Source of the DNA: Candidatus Eiseniibacteriota bacterium
Lineage (GTDB): Bacteria > Eisenbacteria > RBG-16-71-46 > CAZEPH01
Assembly (NCBI GenBank): GCA_044229145.1
Contig: JBGATO010000009.1
Coordinates: 1-64,000, forward strand
DNA length: 64,000 nucleotides
Direction: 5' to 3'
A program made the translations under genes and the position numbers. The notes below the pieces were generated by a model. It was not told the DNA's origin. It ran no database searches and saw only the letters and a list, made by a program, of their open reading frames with translations. This document shows, piece by piece, positions 21,528 to 31,114 of the stretch (positions within the stretch are counted from its first letter, which is position 1; each line of letters starts with the position of its first letter).

Positions 21528-22730
21528 GCCGCGGGGGAGTTCCGCGAGCACGCGGCGGTAGAAGGCCAGCGTGCGGTCGACCACTCCGCGAAGCCGGAAG
21601 CGTGCCTCGGCCTCGGAGCGCGCCGCACTGCCGAGGGCGGCCGCGTGAGACGCGTCGCCCAGGACGCGGGTGAGGGCTCGCGCGAGGGGCGCCACGGCAC
21701 TGGGATCGACGAGATAGCCGGTGCGGCCCTCGTCGACCAAGCCGGGAATGCCGCCGACGCGGGTTGCGATCACCGCGCGCCCGGCGGCCATCGCCTGTTG
21801 CACCGCCACTGGCAACGTCTCTCGAAGAGAGGGCAGCACGAGCACCTGGCAGCGTGCGTATTCCGCGAGCATCTGCTCGTCGCTCAGGTACCCGAGCAAG
21901 TGCACGCGATCCGCAAGCCCCCGCGACCCGATCGCCGCGCGAAGCGTCTCGGCGAACGGCGCGTCGAACAGCGTGCCCCCGATGCGCAGTTGCGCCTCCG
22001 GGAGTGCGCGTGCGACCTCCGCGAACGCCTCCACCGCGACATCGACACCCTTGAGCGGCGTGACTGCGCCGACGAACAAGGCCGTGCGCGTCTCCGCCAT
22101 GTCCGGCACGTCGAAATACGGATCGAGCACCGGATTCTCGAGGGACTCGACGACGAGGTCGCGCGGCAGCAGCGCGCGGTATTCCTCGAGCACGAAAGGC
22201 GAACACGCTGCGAGGTAGCGCAGCCGCGGCAGACACGCGCGCTCGAGACGCTCCATCTGGAGCAGCCGCACGCGGTCCCACAGCGTGCGCAGCAGGATAC
22301 GCACTTCGAGCGCGGCGATGCCGTGAATGACGCCGACCGTCGGGATGCCGCTCCGCAACGCCCCGAGCATCGGCGCATCGATCGCGTGCGCGTGGACGAT
22401 GTCCGGCTGGATGCGCCGGAGGGCCGCGGTGATGCGCGCGGGGTCGAGTTCGGTGACGCGAAGCACGAAGGGAAGCCGGGCCGCGGCGCGCAACAGATGC
22501 ACCGTCATCCCCGGGCGCTGCTGCACCTCGTCGGGACCACCATCGCGTCGCACCGCAAGGACGTGGAGCTCGACGTCCGGCCGCCGCGCAAGTTCGCCAG
22601 CGAGCGCCGTCATGACGGCTTCGATACCGCCAACCATGCGATCCGGCGACGCCGGGAAGGCGCCGGCCAGCACCACGCGCAGGCGGCGTGGTGCGGCAGA
22701 CGGGTCGGGGGACAGCGGGGCAGGAGTCAC
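21522..22730 (-). CDS. Glycosyltransferase family 4 protein
   Basis: GGIE, PDIVHAH, FVGAVTPLKGVD, VLPSLRETLPVAVQQAMAAG and TRVGGIP motifs. Confidence 0.93.
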   Translation of the reverse strand: MTPAPLSPDPSAAPRRLRVVLAGAFPASPDRMVGGIEAVMTALAGELARRPDVELHVLAVRRDGGPDEVQQRPGMTVHLLRAAARLPFVLRVTELDPARITAALRRIQPDIVHAHAIDAPMLGALRSGIPTVGVIHGIAALEVRILLRTLWDRVRLLQMERLERACLPRLRYLAACSPFVLEEYRALLPRDLVVESLENPVLDPYFDVPDMAETRTALFVGAVTPLKGVDVAVEAFAEVARALPEAQLRIGGTLFDAPFAETLRAAIGSRGLADRVHLLGYLSDEQMLAEYARCQVLVLPSLRETLPVAVQQAMAAGRAVIATRVGGIPGLVDEGRTGYLVDPSAVAPLARALTRVLGDASHAAALGSAARSEAEARFRLRGVVDRTLAFYRRVLAELPRGK

Positions 22731-22763
22731 GGCCGGGCACTATACCACGGGACCTTCCGCTCG

Positions 22764-22792
22764 TTGACACCGCCGGAGGTGGCCCGTAGGCT
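22764..22792 (+). promoter_or_regulatory. Putative sigma70 promoter for the dapL operon
   Basis: TTGACA-N17-TAGGCT, 10 nt before the ATG. Confidence 0.65.
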
Positions 22793-22802
22793 CGCGCGCG
22801 CC

Positions 22803-23999
22803 ATGAGACCATTCGCGCGCGCCCACCGGCTGGACGTCCTGCCGCCGTATCTCTTCGTCGAAATCGACCGCTTGAAGCGCGAGGCACTCGCGCGCGGTCA
22901 GGACGTGATCGACCTCGGGGTCGGCGATCCCGACATGCCGACGCCGCAGCCGATCATCGAGGCGCTGGCGCAGGCCGCGCACGATGCACGTCATCACCAA
23001 TATCCGCCGAGCAACGGCCTCGCGGAGCTTCGCGAGGAGATCGCGCGCTGGTTCCACGCGCGCTTCGGCGTCCAGCTCGATCCAGCCAGCGAGATCCTGC
23101 CGATCATCGGGTCGAAGGAAGCGCTGGGGCACACGCCGCTCGCCATGATCGATCCCGGCGACCGCGTGCTGGTGCCGGACCCCGGCTATCCGGTGTATCG
23201 CAGCGGCACCATCTTCGCCGGCGGCGAGCCGGTGACGCTGCCGCTCACCGCGGCGCGCGGCTTCCTGCCGGCGCTCGACGCGCTGACGGCCGCCGATCTC
23301 GCCGGCACCAAGCTCATGTTCCTCAACTATCCGAACAACCCGACCGCCGCGTGCGCCGACCCCGCGTTCTTCGAGGACGTCGTGCGCTTCGCGGATCGAC
23401 ACGGGGTGTTCGTGATCAACGACTGCGCGTACAGCGAGACGACTTTCGACGGCTTCCGCGCCCCGAGTCTGATGCAGATCCCCGGCGGCAAGGACGTCGG
23501 CATCGAACTGCACTCGCTGTCGAAGACCTTCAACATGACAGGCTGGCGCATCGGATTCGCGGTGGGCAACGCGGAGATGCTGAAGGCGCTGCATGCGATC
23601 AAGTCGAACCTCGACTCCGGCCAATTCGGCGCGATCCAGATGGCGGCGATCACGGCGTTGCGGTTGCCGGCGTCGGTGCCGCAGCAGATCGTCGACACAT
23701 ACAAGGCGCGCCGCGATGTGACGGTGGCGGCCCTACGTGAGGCTGGCTGTCCCGTGGAAGCGCCGCGCGGGACGTTCTTCGTGTGGGCACCTGTCCCTGC
23801 CGGTACCGATTCGATGGCGTTCGTCCAGCGTGTGCTGACGGAGACCGGCGTGGTGATGACTCCGGGCGTCGGCTTCGGCGCGCACGGCGAAGGATTCTTC
23901 CGCATCTCCTGCACGAAGGACGTCGACCGCATGCGCGAGGCGGGACGCCGGCTCGCCGCGTTGGCGCCGTGGTCCGGCGCGGCGCACCCGTCGGCGTAG
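22803..23999 (+). CDS. dapL: LL-diaminopimelate aminotransferase-like class I PLP aminotransferase
   Basis: LPPYLFVEID, DLGVGDPD, GSKEAL, NYPNNPT, DCAYSE and SLSKTFNMTGWRIG motifs. Confidence 0.85.
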   Translation: MRPFARAHRLDVLPPYLFVEIDRLKREALARGQDVIDLGVGDPDMPTPQPIIEALAQAAHDARHHQYPPSNGLAELREEIARWFHARFGVQLDPASEILPIIGSKEALGHTPLAMIDPGDRVLVPDPGYPVYRSGTIFAGGEPVTLPLTAARGFLPALDALTAADLAGTKLMFLNYPNNPTAACADPAFFEDVVRFADRHGVFVINDCAYSETTFDGFRAPSLMQIPGGKDVGIELHSLSKTFNMTGWRIGFAVGNAEMLKALHAIKSNLDSGQFGAIQMAAITALRLPASVPQQIVDTYKARRDVTVAALREAGCPVEAPRGTFFVWAPVPAGTDSMAFVQRVLTETGVVMTPGVGFGAHGEGFFRISCTKDVDRMREAGRRLAALAPWSGAAHPSA

Positions 24000-24009
24000 G
24001 CGCGCGACG

Positions 24010-24384
24010 ATGACCGCCACCGGCGAGCGCGTGCCGACTGTCGTGCGGCTCAAGAACGTCGTACTGTTCGGGCATCACGGCGTGAGCGCGGCGGAACGCG
24101 AGGTCGGGACCCGCATCGAGGTCGATGTCGAGATGCGCGTGTTGGTGGATCCGCGCGATAGTTTGTCGAGCACCGTCGACTACTCCGCGGTGTTCCGCAC
24201 CGTCGAGCAAGTCGTCACGCATCGGCACTTCCAGCTGCTCGAGTCGCTTGGCGCCGCGATTCGTGACGCCGTGCTCGCGGAGTTCGCCGCGGAGCAGGTC
24301 GCGGTGCGCGTGCGCAAACCCAACGTGCCGTTCCCGGGCGGCGACAGTTACGCGGAGATCGAGGTCGGCACGTGCAGTCTCTAG
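24010..24384 (+). CDS. folB: Dihydroneopterin aldolase
   Basis: GHHGV..AERE.G, TVDYS, LLE.L and VRKP motifs. Confidence 0.95.
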   Translation: MTATGERVPTVVRLKNVVLFGHHGVSAAEREVGTRIEVDVEMRVLVDPRDSLSSTVDYSAVFRTVEQVVTHRHFQLLESLGAAIRDAVLAEFAAEQVAVRVRKPNVPFPGGDSYAEIEVGTCSL

Positions 24385-24887
24385 GCCACACGGCGTTTCT
24401 CAGTCTCGGCTCGAACATGGGCGACCGCCGCGCGGCGCTCGAGGCCGCGCTCGCGCAGTTGCGCGCGATGCCGGAGACCGAGGTCGTGGCGGTGTCGTCG
24501 CTCTACGACACCGCGCCGGTGGGCGAGACCGCGCAAGAGCGCTTCCTCAATCTCGTCGTCGAGATCGACACCGCTCTGGCGCCGCCGCAAGTGCTCTGGC
24601 ACTGCATGTTGATCGAACAGCGGCTCGGACGTGTGCGGACGCGGCGCTGGGCGCCGCGCCCCATCGACGTCGACATCCTGCTGTACGACGACTGGGTCGT
24701 GCATGAGGAAGGGCTGAGCATTCCGCATCCTGAGATGGTGCGCCGCGCCTTCGTCCTGGTGCCGCTGTGCGAACTGGCGCCCGAAGTCGTGCATCCCGAG
24801 ACCGGTCTCACCGTGCTGCAACATCTTCGCGCGCTCGATGGCGATGCCGACCACGACGTCGTGCACCAAGGACGGGTGACGCCGTGA
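24372..24887 (+). CDS. folK: 2-amino-4-hydroxy-6-hydroxymethyldihydropteridine diphosphokinase
   Basis: LSLGSNMGDR, FLNLV, RWAPRPIDVDIL and IPHPEM..RAFVL.PL motifs. Confidence 0.97.
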   Translation: MQSLGHTAFLSLGSNMGDRRAALEAALAQLRAMPETEVVAVSSLYDTAPVGETAQERFLNLVVEIDTALAPPQVLWHCMLIEQRLGRVRTRRWAPRPIDVDILLYDDWVVHEEGLSIPHPEMVRRAFVLVPLCELAPEVVHPETGLTVLQHLRALDGDADHDVVHQGRVTP

Positions 24888-25543
24888 GCGGCCGGCTTGG
24901 CTACCTGGCCATCGAAGGCGCGATCGGCGCCGGAAAGGCGGCGCTGGCGAAAGCCCTCGCGCCGCGGCTCAACGCGCGGCTGGTGCTCGAAGAACCGAGC
25001 GCGAATCCGTTCCTGCACGATTTCTACGACGACCGCGTCCGGTGGGCGCTGCACACGCAGCTCGCGTTCCTGCTCTCGCGTCACCAGGCCTTGACGCCGA
25101 TCGCCGCCGCGGAGGAAGAACGAAATCGGACGCTGATCACCGACTTCTTCGTCGCCAAGGACAAGATCTTCGCGCGCGCGACGCTCGACGAGCGCGAGCT
25201 GACGCTGTACGAGGAGATCGCCGGCGAACTGCGCATGAGCGGGCCGACACCGGATCTCGTCATCTACTTGCAGGCATCGACCGATCTGCTCCAACGGCAT
25301 CTCGCCACCACGCGCCGCGCCGGCGAGCGCGAGATCCCGCGCGACTACCTCGACGCCTTGAACGAGGCGTACAACCATTTCTTCTTCCACTTCACCGATG
25401 CGCCTCTGTTGGTGATCAACGTCAATGAGGTCGATCCGGTCGAATCGCCGGGCGAACTCGACGCGATCCTCGAGCGCATCGGCGCACATCCCGGCGGGAC
25501 GGTCTTCTATTCGCCGGCACGGGGGGTACGTGACGCCGGATAA
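24884..25543 (+). CDS. Deoxynucleoside kinase family protein with degenerate Walker A
   Basis: YLAIEGAIGAGKA, NPFL..FY, QL.FLLSR, PDLVIYLQAS and YL..LNEAY motifs; usual position between folK and panB. Confidence 0.88.
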   Translation: MSGRLGYLAIEGAIGAGKAALAKALAPRLNARLVLEEPSANPFLHDFYDDRVRWALHTQLAFLLSRHQALTPIAAAEEERNRTLITDFFVAKDKIFARATLDERELTLYEEIAGELRMSGPTPDLVIYLQASTDLLQRHLATTRRAGEREIPRDYLDALNEAYNHFFFHFTDAPLLVINVNEVDPVESPGELDAILERIGAHPGGTVFYSPARGVRDAG

Positions 25544-26336
25544 GATCACGCCGCAGGTGCTGCGCGCGATGAAGAAGCGCAAAGAGGCGATCGCCGCGAT
25601 CACCGCCTACGATTGCCCGACCGCCGACCACGTCGATGCGGCTGGCGCGGAGGTAATCCTGGTCGGCGATAGTCTCGGCATGGTGGTGCTCGGCTTCGAC
25701 AGCACGCTGCCGGTGACGCTCGAGCACATGATCCACCACACCAGCGCGGTGACACGGCGCAAGCGGCGCGCGCTGGTGGTGGCCGACATGCCGTGGCTCA
25801 CCTTCCACACGGGTCCGCGCGACACCATCCTCAACGCCGGCCGCCTGGTGAAGGAGACCGGCTGCGACGCGGTGAAGCTCGAAGGCGGCGTGCGGATTGC
25901 CGAGACATTGCGGGCGGTGGTGGAGGCGCAGATTCCGGTCATGGGGCACGTCGGACTGACGCCGCAGTCGGTGCTGGCGTTCGGCGGCTACAAAGTCCAG
26001 GGCAAGAGCGACGCGGCGGCGCAGCGCGTGCTCGACGACGCCAAGGCGTGCGAGGACGCCGGCTGCTTCGCGCTCGTGCTCGAAGGCCTTCCCAGCACGC
26101 TCGGGCGCGCGGTGACCGAGGCGGTGAGCATTCCGACCATCGGCATCGGAGCGGGTGCGGAGTGCGATGGGCAGATCCTCGTCGTGCACGACATGCTCGG
26201 ACTGTACGGCGACCTCCGTCCGAAGTTCGTCAAGCGCTACGCCGAGATCGGCGAGGCGATGCGGGATGCCACGCGGGAGTACATCCGCGAGGTCAAGGAA
26301 CGCGCGTTCCCGGCGCCCGAACACACGTACGACTAG
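25530..26336 (+). CDS. panB: 3-methyl-2-oxobutanoate hydroxymethyltransferase
   Basis: TAYD, LVGDSLGM, VKLEGG, GHVGLTPQS and IGIGAG..CDGQILV motifs. Confidence 0.98.
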   Translation: MTPDKITPQVLRAMKKRKEAIAAITAYDCPTADHVDAAGAEVILVGDSLGMVVLGFDSTLPVTLEHMIHHTSAVTRRKRRALVVADMPWLTFHTGPRDTILNAGRLVKETGCDAVKLEGGVRIAETLRAVVEAQIPVMGHVGLTPQSVLAFGGYKVQGKSDAAAQRVLDDAKACEDAGCFALVLEGLPSTLGRAVTEAVSIPTIGIGAGAECDGQILVVHDMLGLYGDLRPKFVKRYAEIGEAMRDATREYIREVKERAFPAPEHTYD

Positions 26337-26345
26337 TCCGCCGAG

Positions 26346-27254
26346 ATGACTCGCTCGATTCCTCGTCTGCAGACCGTGCGCCGCGTGGCGGCGGTGCGTC
26401 GCGTCGTCCGCGCCGCCCGGCGTGATGGTCGCCGCGTCTCGTTCGTCCCCACCATGGGGGCGCTGCACGACGGACACCTGGCGTTGGTCCGGCGGGCGCG
26501 GCGCCTCGGCGACCTCGTGGTGGTGAGCGTCTTCGTCAATCCACTGCAATTCGGCCCGCGTGAGGATTTCAGCCGCTATCCGCGCGATCTGCGTCGCGAC
26601 GCGGCGTTGCTGCGCGATGCCGGTGCCGATGTGCTCTTCGCGCCGGCGCTCGACGAGATGTATCCGCATCCGCCGCTGACCGCGGTGGACGTGCCGGCGC
26701 TCGCGACCACGCTGTGCGGGCCGTATCGTCCCGGGCATTTCGCCGGCGTGTGCTTCGTCGTACTGAAGCTCCTGCACCTCGTCGAAGCCGATGTCATGGT
26801 GATGGGGCAGAAGGACGCGCAGCAGGCGACGATCCTCGGCCGCATGCTCGACGACCTCGGGGTGCCCACGCGTTTGGTGGTCGCGCCGACGGTGCGCGAG
26901 AGCGATGGGCTCGCGATGTCGTCGCGCAACGCGTACCTGACGCCGGAACAGCGTGCGACGGCGCCTCGCTTGTACGCGGCGTTGCGCGAGGCCGCGGCGC
27001 GGATCGCCGCCGGCGAATCGTCGCGCGCCCGCGTCGAGCGGCATCTGCACCGTGCGCTGGCACGGGTGCCCGGGTTCGACATGCAGTACGCGCAGGTGGT
27101 GGATCGCGCGAGCTTGCAGCCGCCGCGTCGCATCGAGGCGCCCGTGCTGGTGGCGCTCGCCGGATTCTTCGGCACGACGCGCTTGATCGACAACATCGTC
27201 GCCGTGCCGCCGCGGGCGCCACGCGCGACGCGGTCCCCAAGGAGGAGTGCGTGA
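26346..27254 (+). CDS. panC: Pantoate--beta-alanine ligase
   Basis: VPTMGALHDGH, FVNPLQF, RPGHF.GV, GQKDAQQ, DGLAMSSRN and RLIDN motifs. Confidence 0.98.
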   Translation: MTRSIPRLQTVRRVAAVRRVVRAARRDGRRVSFVPTMGALHDGHLALVRRARRLGDLVVVSVFVNPLQFGPREDFSRYPRDLRRDAALLRDAGADVLFAPALDEMYPHPPLTAVDVPALATTLCGPYRPGHFAGVCFVVLKLLHLVEADVMVMGQKDAQQATILGRMLDDLGVPTRLVVAPTVRESDGLAMSSRNAYLTPEQRATAPRLYAALREAAARIAAGESSRARVERHLHRALARVPGFDMQYAQVVDRASLQPPRRIEAPVLVALAGFFGTTRLIDNIVAVPPRAPRATRSPRRSA

Positions 27255-28027
27255 GCAGTCAGAAGGCGCGTGCCGCGATCGTCCTTGCCGCCGGGCAGGG
27301 CACCCGGATGGAGTCCGACCGTGCGAAGGTGCTGCACGAGGTCGGCGGCCATCCGATGGTCGAGCACGTGGTGCGCAGCGTCGTGCGTGCCGGCATCGAC
27401 ATCATCGTCGTGGTAGTCGGGCACCAAGCGGCCGACGTCAAGGCGGCGGTGCGGAATTTCATCCAGGTCACGTGCGTCGAGCAGCGCGAGCGTCGCGGTA
27501 CCGGACACGCCACGCAGCAGGCGATGCCGTTCCTGCGCGGGACGTGGTCGGAGACGGTGCTGGTGCTCGCCGGCGATGCGCCGCTCTTGCGATCGGAGAC
27601 GCTGCTCGCGTTGGCCGACGGCCACGATGCCAGCGGCGCCGCCGCCACCGTGCTGACCGCCGACCTCGATGACCCCACCGGCTATGGCCGCGTGGTGCGC
27701 GATGGCGCCGGCATGCTCGACCGCATCGTCGAACACAAAGATGCGTCGCCCGAGATTCAGGCCGTGCACGAGATCAACAGCGGCATCTACGCCTTCGACA
27801 TCGAGGCGCTCGATCACACGCTGCAGCAGGTCACCAACGACAACGCGCAGGGCGAATTCTATCTGACCGACACTATCGGCCTGTTGCGCCGCGCCGGCCG
27901 CCCGGTGGCCGCGGTGAAAGCCTCCGAGCCGAACGAGATCCTCGGCATCAACACGGTGGCGCAGCTCGCCGAGGTCAATGCGATCTACGCGGCGCGCGTC
28001 GCCGCGGACCCTGGACTCGCCTGGTAG
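27251..28027 (+). CDS. glmU: GlcNAc-1-phosphate uridylyltransferase (GlmU N-terminal domain only)
   Basis: VLAAGQGTRM, GTGHA, GDAPL, GYGRVVR, EINSGIY, NAQGEFYLTD and GIN motifs; ends without the hexapeptide-repeat acetyltransferase domain. Confidence 0.9.
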   Translation: MSSQKARAAIVLAAGQGTRMESDRAKVLHEVGGHPMVEHVVRSVVRAGIDIIVVVVGHQAADVKAAVRNFIQVTCVEQRERRGTGHATQQAMPFLRGTWSETVLVLAGDAPLLRSETLLALADGHDASGAAATVLTADLDDPTGYGRVVRDGAGMLDRIVEHKDASPEIQAVHEINSGIYAFDIEALDHTLQQVTNDNAQGEFYLTDTIGLLRRAGRPVAAVKASEPNEILGINTVAQLAEVNAIYAARVAADPGLAW

Positions 28028-28032
28028 GAGCG

Positions 28033-28617
28033 ATGCGCATGGAACGACTGTGGGCCGGGTGGCGCATGACCTACATCAAGGGGCTCGATGGGCATGGCGC
28101 GCGCTGCCTGTTCTGCGGCCTGAAGGACCAGCCGGCTTCCGCGCGCTCGATGATCCTCGAGGTCGGCGAAACGATGTACCTCGTGCTCAATGCGTATCCG
28201 TACAACGTCGGGCACATGATGGTGGTGCCCAAGCGCCACATCGCCGGGCCGGCCAAATTGAAGCCGGCCGAGTCGATCGAATACATGGCGCTCGCGGCGC
28301 GCGCCGAGGCGGCATTGCGTGCGGTGTACAAGCCGCACGGCTTCAATCTCGGGGTGAATCTGGGGCGCACCGCGGGGGCAGGAGTGCTCGGTCACATGCA
28401 TTTGCACGTCGTGCCGCGGTGGAACGGCGACACCAATTTCATGCCGGTGATCGGCGCCACCAAGGTGCTGCCCGAAGACTTGCTCGAAACCTACGAGAAG
28501 TTGCGCGCCGCGCTCGCGGGGGAGGCCGCGCCGCGCCGCGTGTCGCGACGTGCCACGCCGCCGACACCGCTGGCGCGCGCCGCCACGGCGCGCCGCCGTC
28601 CGCGCGCGCGAGGCTGA
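28033..28617 (+). CDS. HIT family hydrolase (Ap4A phosphorylase-like)
   Basis: RLWAGWR..YI, CLFC, LNAYPYNVGH and GAGVLGHMHLHVVPRWNGDTNF motifs. Confidence 0.93.
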   Translation: MRMERLWAGWRMTYIKGLDGHGARCLFCGLKDQPASARSMILEVGETMYLVLNAYPYNVGHMMVVPKRHIAGPAKLKPAESIEYMALAARAEAALRAVYKPHGFNLGVNLGRTAGAGVLGHMHLHVVPRWNGDTNFMPVIGATKVLPEDLLETYEKLRAALAGEAAPRRVSRRATPPTPLARAATARRRPRARG

Positions 28618-29069
28618 TGGGGCGCCGCCGTCGCGGCGCGCGGGAGTCCGCACACCCCGCCGCCTTCGCCATCCTCATCGTCGGGGGACTCCTGGTCTTG
28701 ACCGCCGCCGGGTCGATCGGCGTGGGCTGGTGGATGCGGCGCGACCACGCGGGTCCGGCTCCCGTCACGCGACCCGATACTCCGGGCGAGATCACCGTCG
28801 AAGTGCTCGGTGGGGAGCCAGGGGCCGGCAGCGCGGGGGAAATGGCGGCGGAACTGCGCGAGGCAGGCTTCACCGTCGTGCGGACGGGCCGCGCGGATCG
28901 CCGCGACTATCACGGACTCCTGGTGGTCGCGCGGATCGAACCGCCGGAAGGCCTCGCGCGCGCACGCCGCGTCGCGGCCTCGCTCGGCACGCCGCGTGTG
29001 ATCGTGCAGCGTCAGGATCGGCCGAGCGCCGACGTCACGGTCATCGTCGGCGCGCCCGCCTCGCGCTGA
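28617..29069 (+). CDS. Membrane-anchored LytR C-terminal domain protein
   Basis: TM helix, then ITVEVLGG..G.G.A..MA..LR..GF.VV..G.AD and DVTVIVG; TGATG coupling with the HIT gene. Confidence 0.75.
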   Translation: MGRRRRGARESAHPAAFAILIVGGLLVLTAAGSIGVGWWMRRDHAGPAPVTRPDTPGEITVEVLGGEPGAGSAGEMAAELREAGFTVVRTGRADRRDYHGLLVVARIEPPEGLARARRVAASLGTPRVIVQRQDRPSADVTVIVGAPASR

Positions 29070-29089
29070 GCGCCCATCCGCCGAAACGC

Positions 29090-29124
29090 CGAAGGCCGGT
29101 CCTCGCGGAGAGGACCGGCCTTCG
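29090..29124. terminator. Terminator-like hairpin between convergent genes
   Basis: CGAAGGCCGGTCCTC-gcgga-GAGGACCGGCCTTCG, a perfect 15-bp stem. Confidence 0.75.
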
Positions 29125-29150
29125 CGCTGCTCCGTCGTGACTGCGGGCGG

Positions 29151-30950
29151 CTAGCCTTCGTAGCCCGCCTTGGCGCGGTAGTCGACGATCTTCGCGGCCT
29201 TGTAGATGTCCTGGAACCAGCGGTTCAGCATCATCTGCTGGCGGTTCCCCATCAACTGCTGCCGCAGCTGCTCCTTCTGTGTCGCGAAGAGCGTCATGTC
29301 GGCCGGCGTCTTCGAGACGACCTGCGCGATGGCCCAGCCCGAGGGCAGTTCCTGCGGCTTGGTGACGCCGCCCGCCGGCGTGGCGAAGGCGGCACCGAGA
29401 AGAGCCGGCGCCTCGCCGATCCCGGGGAGTGCCTGCACGCGTGACATGCCCGGCGCGGCCTGCACCGGGATGCCAGCCGCCGCCGCCGCCGCCGCGAGCG
29501 TCTGGCCACCGGCCACCGCCTTGGCGATCTGCTCGATGCGCGCCTTCGCGGCATCCATGCGGCGCTGCTGCACCACCATCTGCCGCAACTCCGGCCGCAC
29601 CGCGTCCATCGGCTGCAAACCGGCCTTGCGGCGGTCGAGCACGCTCACCACGAGCCACGCGTTCGGCCGGTTGATGGCGTCGCTCACGGTGCCGATCTTC
29701 GCGCTGAAGGCGTAGTCGATGATGCCGCCGCTGTCGAGGCCCTGGAGCGGACGGTCCTTGCTGAAGTACGGCGTCGCGCCGGCCATCAGCTTCATCTCGG
29801 TGGCCGCCTGCTGCAGTCCGCTCTTCTTGGCTGCCTCGATGAGCTGATCGACGCGTTCCTTGGCCTTGCGCAGCGTCTCGTCACCCGGGCGCACCTTGAT
29901 CAAGATTTCCGAGTACTGGTAGCCGGGCAGGCCGTTCGACGTCACCGCGCCCTTCGACCCGAACTTGAGGATGTGGATGCCGGCCTGATCCATGACCGGC
30001 GCGCTCACCGCGCCCGGCTGGAGCGCGTCGAGCGCGCTCTTGATCTGCGGGCTCACCACGTTCGCCGGCATCGGCTGCGGCGAGGCGCCGCCGTTCGACG
30101 CCCACGGGCCTTCGGACATCGACTTGGCGACCTCGGCGAAGTCGCGCGTCTTGAGCTCGTCGAGAGCCGCCTTCGCGGTCTCCATCGCCTGCGCCTGGTC
30201 GGCGGGCGAGGGGATAGTCGGGATCTGCACGACGAACAGCTTCGCCTGCTCGTCGGTGGTGAAGAGCGCGTGGTGGCCGTCGTAGAACTTCTTCATGTCC
30301 GACTCGCCGATGTTCGAGGAGTCGGCGGGGAAGCCGGCGGCGCTCGCCGCCGCCACCATGAGGTCGGCCTTCTCGGCCTGGTCGATGAACGCTTGCTTGA
30401 CCTCGGCGTCGGAGACCGTCACGCCGGCGAGCAAGCGCATCTGCAGCTTCTGCACCGGCAGCTGCTGGCGGACTTCCTCTTCGACCGGCGACCAGTCGAC
30501 GTTGGGATTGGCGAGCGCCGCGCGGTACTTCGCCGGGTCGAACTGGCCGTTGGTCTGGAACTGCGGCATCTGCGCGACGTCCTGCGGCGGGTTCGTCTTC
30601 ACCGCCTGGACGATCTCGGCATCGCTCACGGTGATCTTGTACTTCTTGACCATCTGCGCGAGCAGCTTGTCGCGCACCAGCGTCTGCCAGGTCTGGTCGT
30701 CGATGGCGGTGCGGGTGGCATCGTCCATCTCGCCGCCGCCGCGCTGACGGTAGTCATTGTAGGCGCGGGCGGTGGCGGCGCGATACTCGGTGATCGAGAT
30801 CGCCTCGCCGTTCACCTTGCCGATCACGTTCGCGGGCGCGTTGCCGCCGCCGCTCGAACCGCGGCCCCACATGATGAAGCCGAAGAGGAGGAACGCGGCC
30901 GTCACGACGATGAAGTAGGCTTTCGCCTGCTGGCGCATGTGCTGCATCAT
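29151..30950 (-). CDS. ppiD: PpiD/SurA-family periplasmic chaperone and peptidyl-prolyl isomerase
   Basis: MMQHMR N-terminus with TM anchor, IGKVNGEAIS, F.TNGQFD and parvulin-like DFAEVAK..SE...NGG; AGGAG RBS. Confidence 0.88.
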   Translation of the reverse strand: MMQHMRQQAKAYFIVVTAAFLLFGFIMWGRGSSGGGNAPANVIGKVNGEAISITEYRAATARAYNDYRQRGGGEMDDATRTAIDDQTWQTLVRDKLLAQMVKKYKITVSDAEIVQAVKTNPPQDVAQMPQFQTNGQFDPAKYRAALANPNVDWSPVEEEVRQQLPVQKLQMRLLAGVTVSDAEVKQAFIDQAEKADLMVAAASAAGFPADSSNIGESDMKKFYDGHHALFTTDEQAKLFVVQIPTIPSPADQAQAMETAKAALDELKTRDFAEVAKSMSEGPWASNGGASPQPMPANVVSPQIKSALDALQPGAVSAPVMDQAGIHILKFGSKGAVTSNGLPGYQYSEILIKVRPGDETLRKAKERVDQLIEAAKKSGLQQAATEMKLMAGATPYFSKDRPLQGLDSGGIIDYAFSAKIGTVSDAINRPNAWLVVSVLDRRKAGLQPMDAVRPELRQMVVQQRRMDAAKARIEQIAKAVAGGQTLAAAAAAAGIPVQAAPGMSRVQALPGIGEAPALLGAAFATPAGGVTKPQELPSGWAIAQVVSKTPADMTLFATQKEQLRQQLMGNRQQMMLNRWFQDIYKAAKIVDYRAKAGYEG

Positions 30951-31114
30951 GGCTGAGACAACTCCTGGGTGAGGCAAAGGCGCCCACGAAGGGGCCGAAT
31001 CGGACGAGGGGTCCGCGCGTCCGCCGCGTGTCGCCCTTCCACAAATGAGACCGAGCACTGTACCATGCGGGCCACGCAGCCGCAACCGACGCGGCCGCCC
31101 CGCCCTGGAGCCGT

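Noticed and set aside
21246..22802. 917-aa ORF suggesting a large N-terminal fusion on DapL (similar extensions on birA, glmU, fabD and others)
   Set aside because: The extension is the antisense of the GT4 gene, and a promoter sits directly before ATG 22803.
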